A stretch of DNA of 64,000 nt from Perna viridis (Eukaryota), in contig CM074518.1 of assembly GCA_037379345.1 (NCBI GenBank), positions 48,821,586-48,885,585 of the forward strand, in the 5' to 3' direction. Shown here piece after piece: positions 1 to 12,430 of the stretch; position 1 is the first letter of the stretch; every line of letters starts with the position of its first letter. The notes beneath the pieces are model-generated. The model was not told the origin of the DNA. It saw nothing but the letters and a program-made list of their open reading frames with translations, and did not search any database. A program made the translations under genes and the position numbers.

Positions 1-34
1 TTTTGATCAACTGTATTTGTTTTATTGCTTTCTG

Positions 35-245
35 ATTTTTTTTTGAGTACCAGGTTATTGATATTTTTTTGAGTATCAGGTTATTGGTATTTTTTTGAGT
101 ACCAGGTTATTGATATTTTTTTGAGTACCAGGTTATTGGTATTTTTTTTGAGTATCAGGTTATTGATATTTTTTTGAGTACCAGGTTATTGATATTTTTT
201 TGAGTACCAGGTTATTGGTATTTTTTTGAGTATCGTTATTGGTAT
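35..245. repeat. ~28-29-bp minisatellite (TTTTTTTGAGTACCAGGTTATTGATA), about 7 copies, intronic
   Basis: Directly visible tandem units. Confidence 0.9.
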
Positions 246-420
246 TTAAGTGCCCCATTAAGGGGAATAGAGGTTGATTATATTGTTAATGGTATCTATA
301 TATTCCTGAATGATTAAAGATGTATTTTTTTTTCTAATTGTAAATAAGCTTCTTGTCATAAGAACTATAAAGAATTGATCCAATGGAGCAAATATTCATA
401 CATTTTTTTTTGTATTACAG

Positions 421-488
421 CATTTTGGAGATTGATATTGTGTCTGAGTATTGTATATGAACTGGCTCTTGTCTGGTTACTTTTCCAG
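421..488 (+). CDS. PTDSS2: PTDSS2 exon ([23 protein letters not shown])
   Basis: Acceptor ttacag at 415-420, donor gtatga at 489. Confidence 0.92.
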
Positions 489-3400
489 GTATGATGTATG
501 AAATCCTGAGTTACAAAAATATAGTTGTTCGTTCTAGGTCTAGCTTAAGGAGGTAGACCTAGGGTAAGGGACATAACTCATGAAATCAGTTATTCAATTT
601 CACCAAAGCCTGTCAAGCTTTCATTTCAAACAGAATGAAATCAATCCAAGTTTCTTTGTTGCTGAGATTGATGTAAAATGCTGAATACAAACATTCCAAT
701 ATGTAAGAATTTTGTCCCTTAAAGAGTGTCCATTGAAGACCCAGCAGTGGGTGACACTTGCCAAATTTGGTTTCAAAAACATAATTATCTAATAGTGATG
801 TTGGTTTGTAATTTTCTGAATTGGGAGGATTGAAATAAATTATATAAAAAAGTAGTATGAACTTTGTAATGGTGTGGAATAACTGTTTGATCTGTCACAT
901 TTACTGTTAACTGGAAAATATTCATGTCAACTTTTTATGGTTTTCCAATCTTAACTTTATGATTAATCATTAAATTGTAAATTGAAATTTGTTCTGATGA
1001 AAATATTTTTGACAGATTTCATTTGGTGAATATCGTAGAAATAAAAACAATAACAAAAATAGCATATAAATCAACTATTGGATAATGCATGGTTGTTCAG
1101 CAGCTAAATAAGAAAAAACACTCTTTTCATACATTTTGTACTGCCAGCTATTTAAGCAGTTTCTGAAACACAGGTTTGTTGAGTAATACATATTATAGTA
1201 TTTAGAAAGTAAGGACAAACGTGTGCTAAGTCATTTCTGTTTCAAAGCTTATATGTTCCAAATATTGGGTTTTATCATTTACAGACTGTACATGATGCCC
1301 GTCATGTTCTGAAGCACTTTGATCCTAAACTTGGACAACCCCTGGAGCAGAAAAATTATGGTGGAAATTGTCTGATTTATGATCCTAATGCAACAGAACC
1401 ATTTCACAATGTCTGGGTAAGTCTTTCCTGTTCTTGATCTGATGCGTTATTGTAGCTTTGTATGAAATAGTTACTTCTTTTGATTTTGATACTGACAAGA
1501 TGATGTGGAATATCTCTACCTTGATCTCCACTGACAAGGTGATGTGGAATATCTCAAAACCTTGATCTCCACTGACAAGGTGATGTGGAATATCTCTACC
1601 TTGATCTCCACTGACAAGGTGATGTGGAATATCTCAAAACCTTGATCTCCACTGACAAGATGATGTGGAATATCTCAAAACCTTGATCTCCACTGACAAG
1701 GTGATGTGGAATATCTCAACCTTGATCTCCACTGACAAGGTGATGTGGAATATCTCAAAACCTTGATCTCCACTGACAAGATGATGTGGAATATCTCAAA
1801 ACCTTGATCTCCACTGACAAGGTGATGTGGAATATCTCAACCTTGATCTCCACTGACAAGGTGATGTGGAATATCTCAAAACCTTGATCTCCACTGACAA
1901 GATGATGTGGAATATCTCTACCTTGATCTCCACTGACAAGGTGATGTGGAATATCTCAACCTTGATCTCCACTGACAAGGTGATGTGGAATATCTCAAAA
2001 CCTTGATCTCCACTGACAAGGTGATGTGGAATATCTCAACCTTGATCTCCACTGACAAGGTGATGTGGAATATCTCAACCTTGATCTCCACTGACAAGGT
2101 GATGTGGAATATCTCAAAACCTTGATCTCCACTGACAAGGTGATGTGGAATATCTCAACCTTGATCTCCACTGACAAGGTGATGTGGAATATCTCTACCT
2201 TGATCTCCACTGACAAGGTGATGTGGAATATCTCTACCTTGATCTCCACTGACAAGGTGATGTGGAATATCTCTACCTTGATCTCCACTGACAAGGTGAT
2301 GTGGAATATCTCAAAGCCTTGATCTCCACTGACAAGGTGATGTGGAATATCTCAACCTTGATCTCCACTGACAAGGTGATGTGGAATATCTCAATCTTGA
2401 TCTCCACTGACAAGGTGATGTGGAATATCTCAACCTTGATCTCCACTGACAAGGTGATGTGGAATATCTCTACCTTGATCTCCACTGACAAGGTGATGTG
2501 GAATATCTCTACCTTGATCTCCACTGACAAGGTGATGTGGAATATCTCAAAGCCTTGATCTCCACTGACAAGGTGATGTGGAATATCTCAACCTTGATCT
2601 CCACTGACAAGGTGATGTGGAATATCTCAACCTTGATCTCCACTGACAAGGTGATGTGGAATATCTCAAAACCTTGATCTCCACTGACAAGGTGATGTGG
2701 AATATCTCAACCTTGATCTCCACTGACAAGGTGATGTGGAATATCTCAAAACCTTGATCTCCACTGACAAGGTGATGTGGAATATCTCAAAGCCTTGATC
2801 TCCACTGACAAGATGATGTGGAATATCTCAAAACCTTGATCTCCACTGACAAGGTGATGTGGAATATTTCAACCTTGATCTCCACTGACAAGGTGATGTG
2901 GAATATCTCTACCTTGATCTCCACTGACAAGGTGATGTGGAATATCTCAAAGCCTTGATCTCCACTGACAAGATGATGTGGAATATCTCAAAACCTTGAT
3001 CTCCACTGACAAGATGATGTGGAATATCTCAAAACCTTGATCTCCACTGACAAGATGATGTGGAATATCTCAACCTTGATCTCCATGTCAGCATCGTTAT
3101 TTTTATTCACATTTTTCTGTTTTGTGTTGTTATTATATTTAAGATTCCCACTTTATACAATATTTTCTGCCAATTATCTTCCTTTTGAAAGAAACCTTTT
3201 AAAATACATATGTTTGTGCAATCCCATAAATAGTTCAAAGTAAAAAATTCAAAAATGCTTTTTTTTTTTTTTTTTATTTCTATTAATAGCACATTGAATT
3301 TTTCATCAGTGTAGTTTTGGTAATTTGCTGTCAACAAAAAAAGAGGAACTATGTTGTGAATGAAAAAAAGAATAACTTTCATTTTTCTTTTTTAGGATAA

Positions 3401-6400
3401 AATGGATGGATTTGTTGCTACACATTTCTTTGGTTGGTGGTTAAAGGTAATTTGAACGGTGTGATCAAGATTCAATTACTGTTAACATATTAACTTTTGT
3501 GGTTGCGAATTTTCCAGGACGCTGTCTAGTAAACATATTTGCAGTATCAGTTTTCATGGTTTGAAAAAATGATTAGCGTTAAATACCGGTAGTATTAATA
3601 ATCAATTTTGTGGGTTTACAAATGTACTATTTTTCACACTTTGTTTTTTCTACCATGAAAATAGTGAAAATTAGTATATTTACAGTAGATCATTCTGCTA
3701 AATATGTCATTATTTCATTAAATTAGTGTGGGTTCTTTTCATCATTTAGACCTCAGATTTGTTTATTTATTATTTCTATGTACCATGTACCATATTTTTT
3801 GGATCTAAATGACATATCAGACAAAAGAGAAGTGGATTTTGTCATATTTGGTCAGACCAGGGTCGTGGCTTGTAATATATGGTCAGACCAAGGTCGTGGC
3901 TTGTTATATTTGGTCAGACCAGGGTTGTGGCTTGTAATATTTGGTCAGACCAAGGTCGTGGCTTGTAATATTTGGTCAGACCAAGGTGGTGGCTTGTGTG
4001 CAAGTTCTTATGTCATGTCAGTAGCTAGATGCTGAAATCAAATGGAAATGTCCACATAGAGGTGTGTTTGGCCCTTATGAACAGGTTACAATATTGATAA
4101 TCTTCTTAAATTTTCAGAACTAGGTAGAAAACAATGATAATACTTTGGTACTGAAATATTTAATTAACTGTGTGGGTTAATTCTGATAGTCAAAATTTGT
4201 TTAGAACTCTATTTACTCTTAAATTCTTAAACTCTCAACCTTTGCAGTTCCACATTTTGGATTCTGATTTTAGCCCTAAATGTGCCCCAACCTTTGCAGT
4301 TCTATATTTTGGACTCTGATTTTAACCCTAAATTTGCCTCAACCTTTGCAGTTCTATTTTTCAGACTCTGATTTTACTCCTAAATGTGCCTCAACCTTTG
4401 TATTTCTATATTTCAGCCTCTGATTTTAGCCCTAAATGTTCCTCAACCTTTGTACCAGTACTTCTATATTTTAGACTCTGATTTTAGCTCTAAATGTGCC
4501 TCAACCTTTGCACTTACATATTTCAGACTCTGATTTTAGCCTTAAATGTGCCTCAACCTTTTTACTTCTATATATCAGACTCTGATTTTAGCCTTAAATT
4601 TGCCCCAACCCTTATATTTTTACATTTCAGACTTTGATCTTGAGGGACTGGTGGTTATGTACAGTAATGAGTATAATGTTTGAGTTACTGGAATACACTC
4701 TGGAACATCAACTTCCTAACTTCAGTGAATGTTGGTGGGACCATGTAAGTTGATACATACAGTTACTGCTAAGCTTGTATACCATAGTGGACCCTAAAAT
4801 GGACCAACTAGACACAATAGTCAAGGACCCAAATATTCCATCAATACTAATTGGATAGACTCTAATCTAGCGTGAATGACCCATGTATAGCTTAAATACA
4901 GATCTGTTAATTCACTTTTTCTGTAATGATGGCATCTAAATACCATATAGCAAGTACATGTAATTTCGGGTGCTAATTTTGACATATTTTTGGTCTGTCC
5001 AAAAATGCAAAAATAAATTCACCAAAATGTTTACTCCTTGTGCACTACTAAGCATCTGCCTAAATTTGTATTGGAAAAGTATTTTGCATAGTTTACCTCC
5101 TCCAAAAGATGCCATACGGTATATGTAGCCAATCAAATAAAGTTTGTTGAAAAGAGAAATTTACAGAGATTTGACAAGAAAGGAAAAAATCCATTTTAAC
5201 TATAGAAACAAAGAGGTTACCTTTGGTTGCACAATTATATATGGTAATAGGATACAAAAGTGGAAATTTCATTGTTATCAATCTGCATATTCCAACTCCC
5301 TATCATACCCTACACATACTTCACAGTCAACTGTTCGAGAGATTATCAGAGTCTCAGTTTCATAACAATTTTCACCCGCTTTTTTTTAAAGTAATGATTT
5401 TGTTTGTTATTTCAGTGGATTATGGATGCTGTAGTATGTAATGGTTTGGGTATATATCTTGGCATAAAATCCTTGAAATATCTATCTATGAAACCGTACC
5501 ACTGGAGAGGCATGTGGAATATCCCTACATACAGGTATGGTCTGACTTCTGTCTTGGTATAAAACCCTTGAAATATCTATCTATGAAACCGTACCACTGG
5601 AGAGGCATGTGGAATATCCCTACATACAGGTATGGTCTGACTTCTGTCTTGGTATAAAATCCTTGGAATATCTATCTATGAAACCGTACCACTAGCGAGC
5701 CAAGTGGAATATCCCTACTTACAGATATGGTCTGACTGCTATCTTGGTATAAAATACCTGAAATATTTATCTATGAAACCGTATCACTGGCGAGGCATGT
5801 GAAATATCCCTACACACAGGTATGATTGGACTTCTGTCTTGGTATAAAATCCCTGAAATATTTATCTATGAAACCGTACCATTGGCAAGGCATGTGGAAT
5901 ATCCGTATTTACATTTATGGTCTGACTTCTATTGATATTAGAACTTCTCTGAGTTCTTGTGGTAGTATGCTCCTTTCGCGGCTAGTATTATTTTCTTGGT
6001 AAGATCCTGTAAAGCAAAAATTAAAATGTTGTGAATATTTCCATCAAAGTACATTATAATATTTAAGTGATAATTGTGAATTTTAACCTGCAAGGAAGTA
6101 GAATGGTTGCACAAACTGCAAAATAAAGATGGCACAAAAAGTTTCCTGTTTACACCATACACTTCCCAATTACTGTGAACAAGAAAATTTTCACAGTTTT
6201 GGTGATTGATCTATCTAATATTTTTGCAGTTTTGAATCAAATGATAATGTTCTACAAAGAAAATATTTTTTACTGTTAAATTTTTGTTTTACAGGTTTTA
6301 CTGTGAAAATAATGAAATTTAAACTGCTGCAAAATCTCGTCTTTAACTGTACTTATTCTGAAAATATTCAGGCAGAATTGTTGCCATACAAAAATTAGTT

Positions 6401-8547
6401 GTCTACAGAACTTTAATATCCCTGCCAAATCTGTACTTGGCATTGAAATGATTTAGGGTTTAATGTTGTGGTTCTTTGTAGGGGTAAAATGAAAAGATTA
6501 GCCCTGCAGTTTACACCTTACAGTTGGACAGACTTTGACTGGCGACCTCTGTCTAGTCTTAAACGATGGCTTGCCATGTTAGCTATAATTGCCATAGTAA
6601 GTATCTAACTAGTTTCAATGATAACTTGGATTGATTTTAGGGTTTTAAAAATGGCCAAACACAAGCATTATTCTACTTTCTGGATAAAGGCCTGATTAAA
6701 AATATAATATGGATGTCTTTGAACATGTACTATGAGGTAGTTCCATATAACAAAGGATGGTCTTAATTGATTTTGGGGGTTATTGCTCTTAACTGATAGG
6801 ATTCAGGGGCCAAAAGAAAGCATGTTATAGAACCTAACTATGTCACGTCAGTTTAAGTGTATGGATCTTTATGAAACTATTTTAAAAGTTGCCAAATAAA
6901 GAAAAGAGTAATTGTGATAAATTTAAGGAATTACAGCTGCCTAACCATGTAGAAACTATTTCTTATACCTAATTGTTTTTTGTGAAGTTCTTTGACCACT
7001 ATCATTATTCTGTGTCAAACACTTTTAAGTCAGAATCCAAATTTCAAGCGGTATCAAGATTGAGTGCTGTAAATACAATTGCCCTTACTGTTATTGGTTT
7101 GACCTCTGGGATAGTTCCAATCTGCATTTGCATTCCATTTTTTTGATTAGCTGTTTGGTCCTTCATTTCGAAATCTACTGTATAAACTTAAGACAGATTG
7201 AGTAGGAATTTTGGAGTTATGTCCCTTGATAAATAAATTAACAAAGAGGCCATATGATGATTAAAAATTTGCAACTGAGCATTGTGATCATAATATACAG
7301 GTGTAAAGTTTGATTTTGTTGTGATTTATTCTATAGTTATAGTTCTTTATCTTTCTTCAGTTATTGGCCTTTTCCGCAAATTTCTTGTTTAATAAATATT
7401 GTTTAACTATTTCTTTTCAGTTCTTACTTGCTGAGTTGAATACGTTTTACCTCAAGTTTGTATTATGGATAGCTCCTCCACACTGGTTGAATCTGATGAG
7501 ACTGGCTTTCTTCTTATTTATGGGTGCAGCAGCTATGAGAGAAGGCTTCCAGTATCTTGACGATCCGTAAGTGTTAATTATTTCCACATTATTTAAATCA
7601 TGATATTGATATTGCAAAAGTGTGAATTATATTTGACAGTCCCCCTCTGTGACGTGACGGAGAGCTGCATTGCTGTTGCTAGACTATTTTCAGATTATTC
7701 TCGCTTGCAATATAATAGGTGCCACTCACAGAACTGGACATGCTTACCCTTACAGAGCAGTTAATGTCACTCCTGGTTTTTGCGGGAGTTCATGTTGCAA
7801 GTACTTCATTTTTTCAGATGATGTCGTGTTTTCCTTCATTTTTATGTGTAATCTATTTTGTTCAGTTCACTACATTGTGTATATATCATCTTTGCTTCTT
7901 GTTTTCCTGTTAATGACATGTATTGGGATTTTGATATATTTGAGTAGTCCCAAATCTGACGCTTCAGTTTTTTTGGTTTTTTTTGCCTGCCAGATATTTA
8001 GTTACATTGTACATATATGTATAAACATTCAGTTAACAAAGGAACACAAATGTAAGACTAATAAACAAAGCAAACTACAGTAATTTTTACATTTGTCTAT
8101 TTACATGTATATTCTTGTATAAATTAATAAGTAGCAACCCAGATGAAGTAAAAGGTTGTTTTATGTATAAATGTCAATTTAGAAACTAATTTATGTTCAA
8201 TACATTATATTTATTTTAGGAACTGTAAGAAATTTGGACGCCAGTCATGGATGATAATAGCAATCATCATTACTGAATTCCTTATCGTTGTCAAGTTTGA
8301 CTTTGAGACCATAAGTAAACCTCTTCCTCCTCATGTGGCCTATTTCTGGATCCTTGGGCTTTTATCATTGATTATATGGACAATTTGGAAATTCTACATT
8401 TATAGAGATGTCAAAAGTGATCTACCGGAGAAATCTGAAAATTTACAATCAAATGTTCAATCTAAATCAACAATGGCAAGGAAGGCGCAAAATGGTGATA
8501 GTAGGAATTTTTATTTAAGGTCCCGTTCCAAGGTGAAATCCAGTTAA
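421..8547 (+). CDS. PTDSS2: Phosphatidylserine synthase 2, 3' portion. Coding exons 421-488, 1285-1416, 3396-3446, 4631-4744, 5416-5534, 6482-6596, 7421-7566, 8220-8547; 5' exons lie upstream of the window
   Basis: All exons have GT-AG boundaries with compatible phases. The spliced translation ([40 protein letters not shown]...[10 protein letters not shown]...[25 protein letters not shown]...[19 protein letters not shown]...[13 protein letters not shown]...QFTPYSW...[16 protein letters not shown]...MRE...) follows vertebrate PTDSS2 as I recall it, including the [10 protein letters not shown] segment. Confidence 0.96.
1285..1416 (+). CDS. PTDSS2: PTDSS2 exon ([44 protein letters not shown])
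   Basis: tttacag acceptor, gtaagt donor, 132 nt, phase 0-0. Confidence 0.95.
1491..3085. repeat. 39/41-bp minisatellite (ACTGACAAGGTGATGTGGAATATCTCAACCTTGATCTCC), about 40 copies, in a PTDSS2 intron
   Basis: Near-identical tandem units; accounts for the repetitive ORFs at 1796-3085. Confidence 0.98.
3396..3446 (+). CDS. PTDSS2: PTDSS2 exon ([17 protein letters not shown])
   Basis: ttttag acceptor, gtaatt donor, 51 nt. Confidence 0.95.
3478..3687. mobile_element. Decayed TA-flanked MITE (TACTGT...ACAGTA termini)
   Basis: tactgttaacatattaactttt pairs imperfectly with aaaattagtatatttacagta; similar remnants near 902, 4940 and 6171. Confidence 0.5.
3844..3997. repeat. ~31-bp minisatellite (ATATTTGGTCAGACCAAGGTCGTGGCTTGTA), 5 copies
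   Basis: Visible tandem units. Confidence 0.9.
4233..4643 (+). repeat. 52-bp tandem repeat (about 8 units) whose last unit contains the real acceptor of PTDSS2 exon 4631-4744
   Basis: Unit CTCAACCTTTGCAGTTCTATATTTCAG/ACTCTGATTTTAGCCCTAAATGTGC. Confidence 0.92.
4631..4744 (+). CDS. PTDSS2: PTDSS2 exon ([38 protein letters not shown])
   Basis: tttcag acceptor, gtaagt donor, contains the conserved PSS motif NFSECWWDH. Confidence 0.96.
5416..5534 (+). CDS. PTDSS2: PTDSS2 exon ([39 protein letters not shown])
   Basis: tttcag acceptor, gtatgg donor, ends in phase 2. Confidence 0.94.
5456..5930 (+). repeat. 95-bp tandem repeat (5 units) duplicating the 3' part of PTDSS2 exon 5416-5534 and its donor site
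   Basis: Units start at 5461, 5556, 5651, 5746 and 5841. Confidence 0.95.
6482..6596 (+). CDS. PTDSS2: PTDSS2 exon ([38 protein letters not shown])
   Basis: ttgtag acceptor, gtaagt donor, phase 2-0. Confidence 0.95.
7421..7566 (+). CDS. PTDSS2: PTDSS2 exon ([16 protein letters not shown]...[11 protein letters not shown])
   Basis: ttttcag acceptor, gtaagt donor; part of ORF 7364..7570. Confidence 0.96.
7647..7960 (+). mobile_element. Dispersed repeat, probably a Penelope-like-element 3' region (GCTTACCCT...GAGCA motif family)
   Basis: Aligns by eye with 17030-17240 and with the reverse strand of 46229-46440. Confidence 0.6.
8220..8547 (+). CDS. PTDSS2: PTDSS2 terminal coding exon ([27 protein letters not shown]...KVKSS*)
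   Basis: ttttag acceptor, phase 2 in, TAA stop at 8545-8547. Confidence 0.94.
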
Positions 8548-9701
8548 AATGTATGGCTGAAAATTATTAGGCTTCTTGTTATGTGAAGTTGTGTTATATA
8601 TTTATATGTTATTGTGAAGCAAAGGTTGAGTTGAAAATCTTTATTTTTCTTGTGCAATTATTATGTATACTTTTTGTCAGTGTATTAACATTGTCTGCGA
8701 TTCATCCAAAATTAGGGTAAGGTTGTATTTTCCTGTACCTCTCTTTCGACAAATGTTTTGTAGGATGAAACACCATTTTAAATGTAGATTCCCCTTCTGT
8801 AATGAGTGGTTTAACTTATTTTTCTGCTTTAGATGGTAAAATTAAGATTTTCAGTATGCAAAGTTTGGCTTGCAGGAACAAAAAAATTAATTTTATTATA
8901 GAGAGGAGAAATAATTGAAATCAAGAATTGGTGTGAGAATTAAACCACTTCCTGAACTGCTGTTAGAAGCAACATAAGCAAATCATATGAAGGCAGTCCC
9001 TAATATGCAAATCATAGAAGAATCATTTTGTTCCACAGTCTAATTTAAAAGGTCTTTTAGTGATTTGAAATTTTGGTACAATATTGGTCCATATAGTAGG
9101 GAGCTCCCTGTTTTTGCATGTGATAGGAATACTTGTCTTAGGGTTAAATCTCATGTTTATAAAACTACCAAAATTAGTGGGTTCTGTGCATTATCATTCA
9201 AGTTTGTATCTGGTTGCCTCTAAAGACACTGCATTTGACTGTCTTGGTGGTCTGGTGGTGGCATGCTCGCTTTTAATGAAGGACATTAAACTGCAGTAAA
9301 TCAATAGACAGATAGTATACCACTGTCTGTCTGTCTGTCAATAATTCAAAAATGCTTCCTTGTATGTTCATTAACTTTTGGTACAATATTTTTCTTGAAG
9401 TATGGATATTCTTCAAAATTTTCATGTCACAGTTGTGGTGATAAAAACAAATTAAAAAGAGATCAGATAGGTCTATTATTTGTTTAAGTACAGCCGCTTG
9501 TTCTGGGCGCAGTTTCATAAGAAATCTCAAATTGAGATTTTCTTCAAAACCTCCCTCAACTCTGACCTAATCAAACACTTGAAAATAAAGATTTGAGAAC
9601 AAAACTCAAGGATCTGAGGAAAATCTTAATTTGAGATTTTATATGAAACCAGACCTAGTTATATAAACTGTTATACTGACAAAACAAATGAGAAGTTGAT
9701 A

Positions 9702-9830
9702 CTGCACAATACTGGTAATGGCTGCACAAAACTGGTAATGGCTGCACAGAACTGGTAATGGCTGCACAATACTGGTAATGGCTGCACAATACTGGTAATG
9801 GCTGCACAATACTGGTAATGGCTGCACAAA
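9702..9830. repeat. 20-bp minisatellite (ACTGGTAATGGCTGCACAAT), about 6 copies
   Basis: Visible tandem units. Confidence 0.92.
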
Positions 9831-12337
9831 ACTTTTGTTGTTTTTGGCATTGAATGTTTTGGTTGATTAATTTACTATGGTAATTGTGTTGATTGTTCAT
9901 TAAAACATTTTTTGTAGTGAATTGTTTAAAATAAAGTAGTTTGTTATGGTGAATTATTTAATGACATAGTAATGTTTTTAATCCAGTTATTGATGCCTTG
10001 AGAGATGGAGTTAATTAAAACTAAGGGCTTTTCAAGTATTTTTTGTGGGGAGGATTGCAGTTGAACTCCCTCACTGTTCTAGTTACATCTGTATTCAGGC
10101 AGAATTGAACATGTTAACTGTTGATGGCATCTTTTGTGAGTTATTTATAGCTTTGATTGTATCTACCTCTTCCTAGATCTCAATGCTGAATTTGTCGTTG
10201 AAAATCTGACACCCTGTTATGCCAAACCGACTCAACCTTTGTCACAAAAATTCTTTTTGTTGTTGTACTTTTCTGTTTGGACTATTCTGAAGAAAGAAAT
10301 CTATCTCCCCGAGATACATTTTTATACTGCAGCAAATTTTTTCTGATGTATAATTGTATCATCATGTAATCATCATTGTCATTGGCATCAGTTGTCTTCC
10401 CTTTTTTACAATGACTGGAGTATAAATACTCATCAAATCTTTTTGAATTTTTTACTCATTGTTTGGAAATGGCATAGGCCCAGTACCTATACTGTGGTTG
10501 TATCAGGCTTCACTTAACAAAGCTCTTTATTCTTTTTAGAGCCACTCATGCAAAATTGAACCCAAACTTTTGTAAATGATTTCTAAATTCAATATTATTA
10601 GGAGTCCAAATCAGTTAAGGTATCCCTGAGTCACATTGGCAGAATTAGAATTGAAAATTGACATTTTCCCCATTTTTTTTGTTTTTGGCTGATTTTCTGC
10701 TTCCATAAAATTGAAAACTGATAAAATGGTGAAAATTTAAAACTGTATTTAAAAAAATATAATCATCCATCACACAATGCCTGTCAAATTGTTGTCATTT
10801 ACTTCAAACTTGTTATTTTCCTAAAACTGGAAGCCAAATATGGCCCTTATCATACCTTTATTTCTGTGGTTCAAGGAATAGTCCATTACAGAAACCAGAG
10901 GGGTAACTAATTGCTCAAATGTGCCTATGAAATACCAACAAAATGTTGATATATATTTTTTGTATTAAGTTTTGCTAAGATTTTATTTTTGCAGAGAATC
11001 ATATTTTAATGTTGTAAATGCCTATAGCAGCACATATATATATATATGTATATATGTATAGATATGGTGTAATAATGTAGATTTTTATGCTATTTCTCAT
11101 AAGAAAAATAAAAGTCCATAGTTTCTTTTTTCTTTTCTTGGTTTACAGATTCCTTGGACTCATATTTATATTTTTTTAAAAAAGCAATTAACCAATTTGT
11201 TCATTCCACTTTTCAAAGATTTTATTTTATTTTTTTTCGGAATTAAGAATTAACAGTTATTACTAGTAGCCAAATGTTCCTTTTTTTCCATTTTGATCAC
11301 CTTGTTCGCCTGTCATCCAGTCTGTCCAAATTTCATATCCATTATCTAAACTTATAATAAATGGATTGATCTAAAATTTGGTATGTGGCTTTATGCGGAT
11401 GAGGTATATGATGTAAGGGATATTAACTTCCTGTATGAAGTTTGTGCAATGTCATGTTTTCCTAGGAATGACGACCTGTGGCGTTAGGTATAAACAAACT
11501 AAATACGATAATTTGCACTTGTTTTTTTTTCTTGTTTGCCCTGCCAGTGTGAATAAGGGTTATGATATTAAATTTCGTGTGTATGTCTGTCAATCATCAT
11601 TTTATATCCCTTGCTTCAGGGTACTATGGTGTTGAAACATTTGGGTCTTATTAAGATGAAACTTGGTATAATGATGATTTTTAAGGGGGTAGGGAGGTAG
11701 GAAGGGTGGTGGATACCTATTCCATTTTTTATGAAGAAACTGGGTATAATGCTGATTTTTGGGAGTTGGAAGGGTAATGGATAATATAAACTATATTTAT
11801 GAATTCCATTTTTCATGAAAGATATTCCCTTAATCACAACTTAGTCCAAATTCCGATGAAATTTATACTCATGAAAGCATGTACAACTTGGTCAAAATAT
11901 TTAGGTGAAAATTTTAAAATGTGTGATGTTTACCCTGCTTGTTATCATAAGATATAGATGTTATGTCTTTGAATTGATGGGTCTGCATATGCCAGACAAT
12001 TTATTTATAGGTTGTGATATTTATTGACTGATATATGGTTTGTATTGAATGAATGAAATTTGGTTGCATTTGAATGTTGTATTGTATTTGACATACACAC
12101 AGGTTAGTATTTTGTTGATATAACTCTCCTATGAATATATATATATATATGCTTATTTTTTTATTATTTTATTCTGCTAATTTTATGTTACAGCAAATAC
12201 AATGATGATTGTCAGGGGATAGAGTTAGTCTTTTCTGAATTGAATGTAAAAAAAAACCTGATGAAGTTTCCTAAGTAGTTACCTGGACATAATAGGAGAT
12301 TACAACTTCAGATCAGATACTGATTCAATATCTAATG

Positions 12338-12430
12338 AATCTACTATACAGTAAACTACCTAAGGGAAATCTACTATCCAGTAAACTATCTAAGGGAAAT
12401 CTACTATCCAGTAAACTACCTAAGGGAAAT
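12338..12430. repeat. 30-bp tandem repeat, 3 copies (AATCTACTATCCAGTAAACTACCTAAGGGA)
   Basis: Visible tandem units. Confidence 0.88.

Noticed and set aside
1796-3085. Repetitive ORFs ([25 protein letters not shown]) as proteins, or the array as CRISPR
   Set aside because: They are translations of an intronic minisatellite with frame-breaking 39/41-bp variants; there are no unique spacers and the context is eukaryotic
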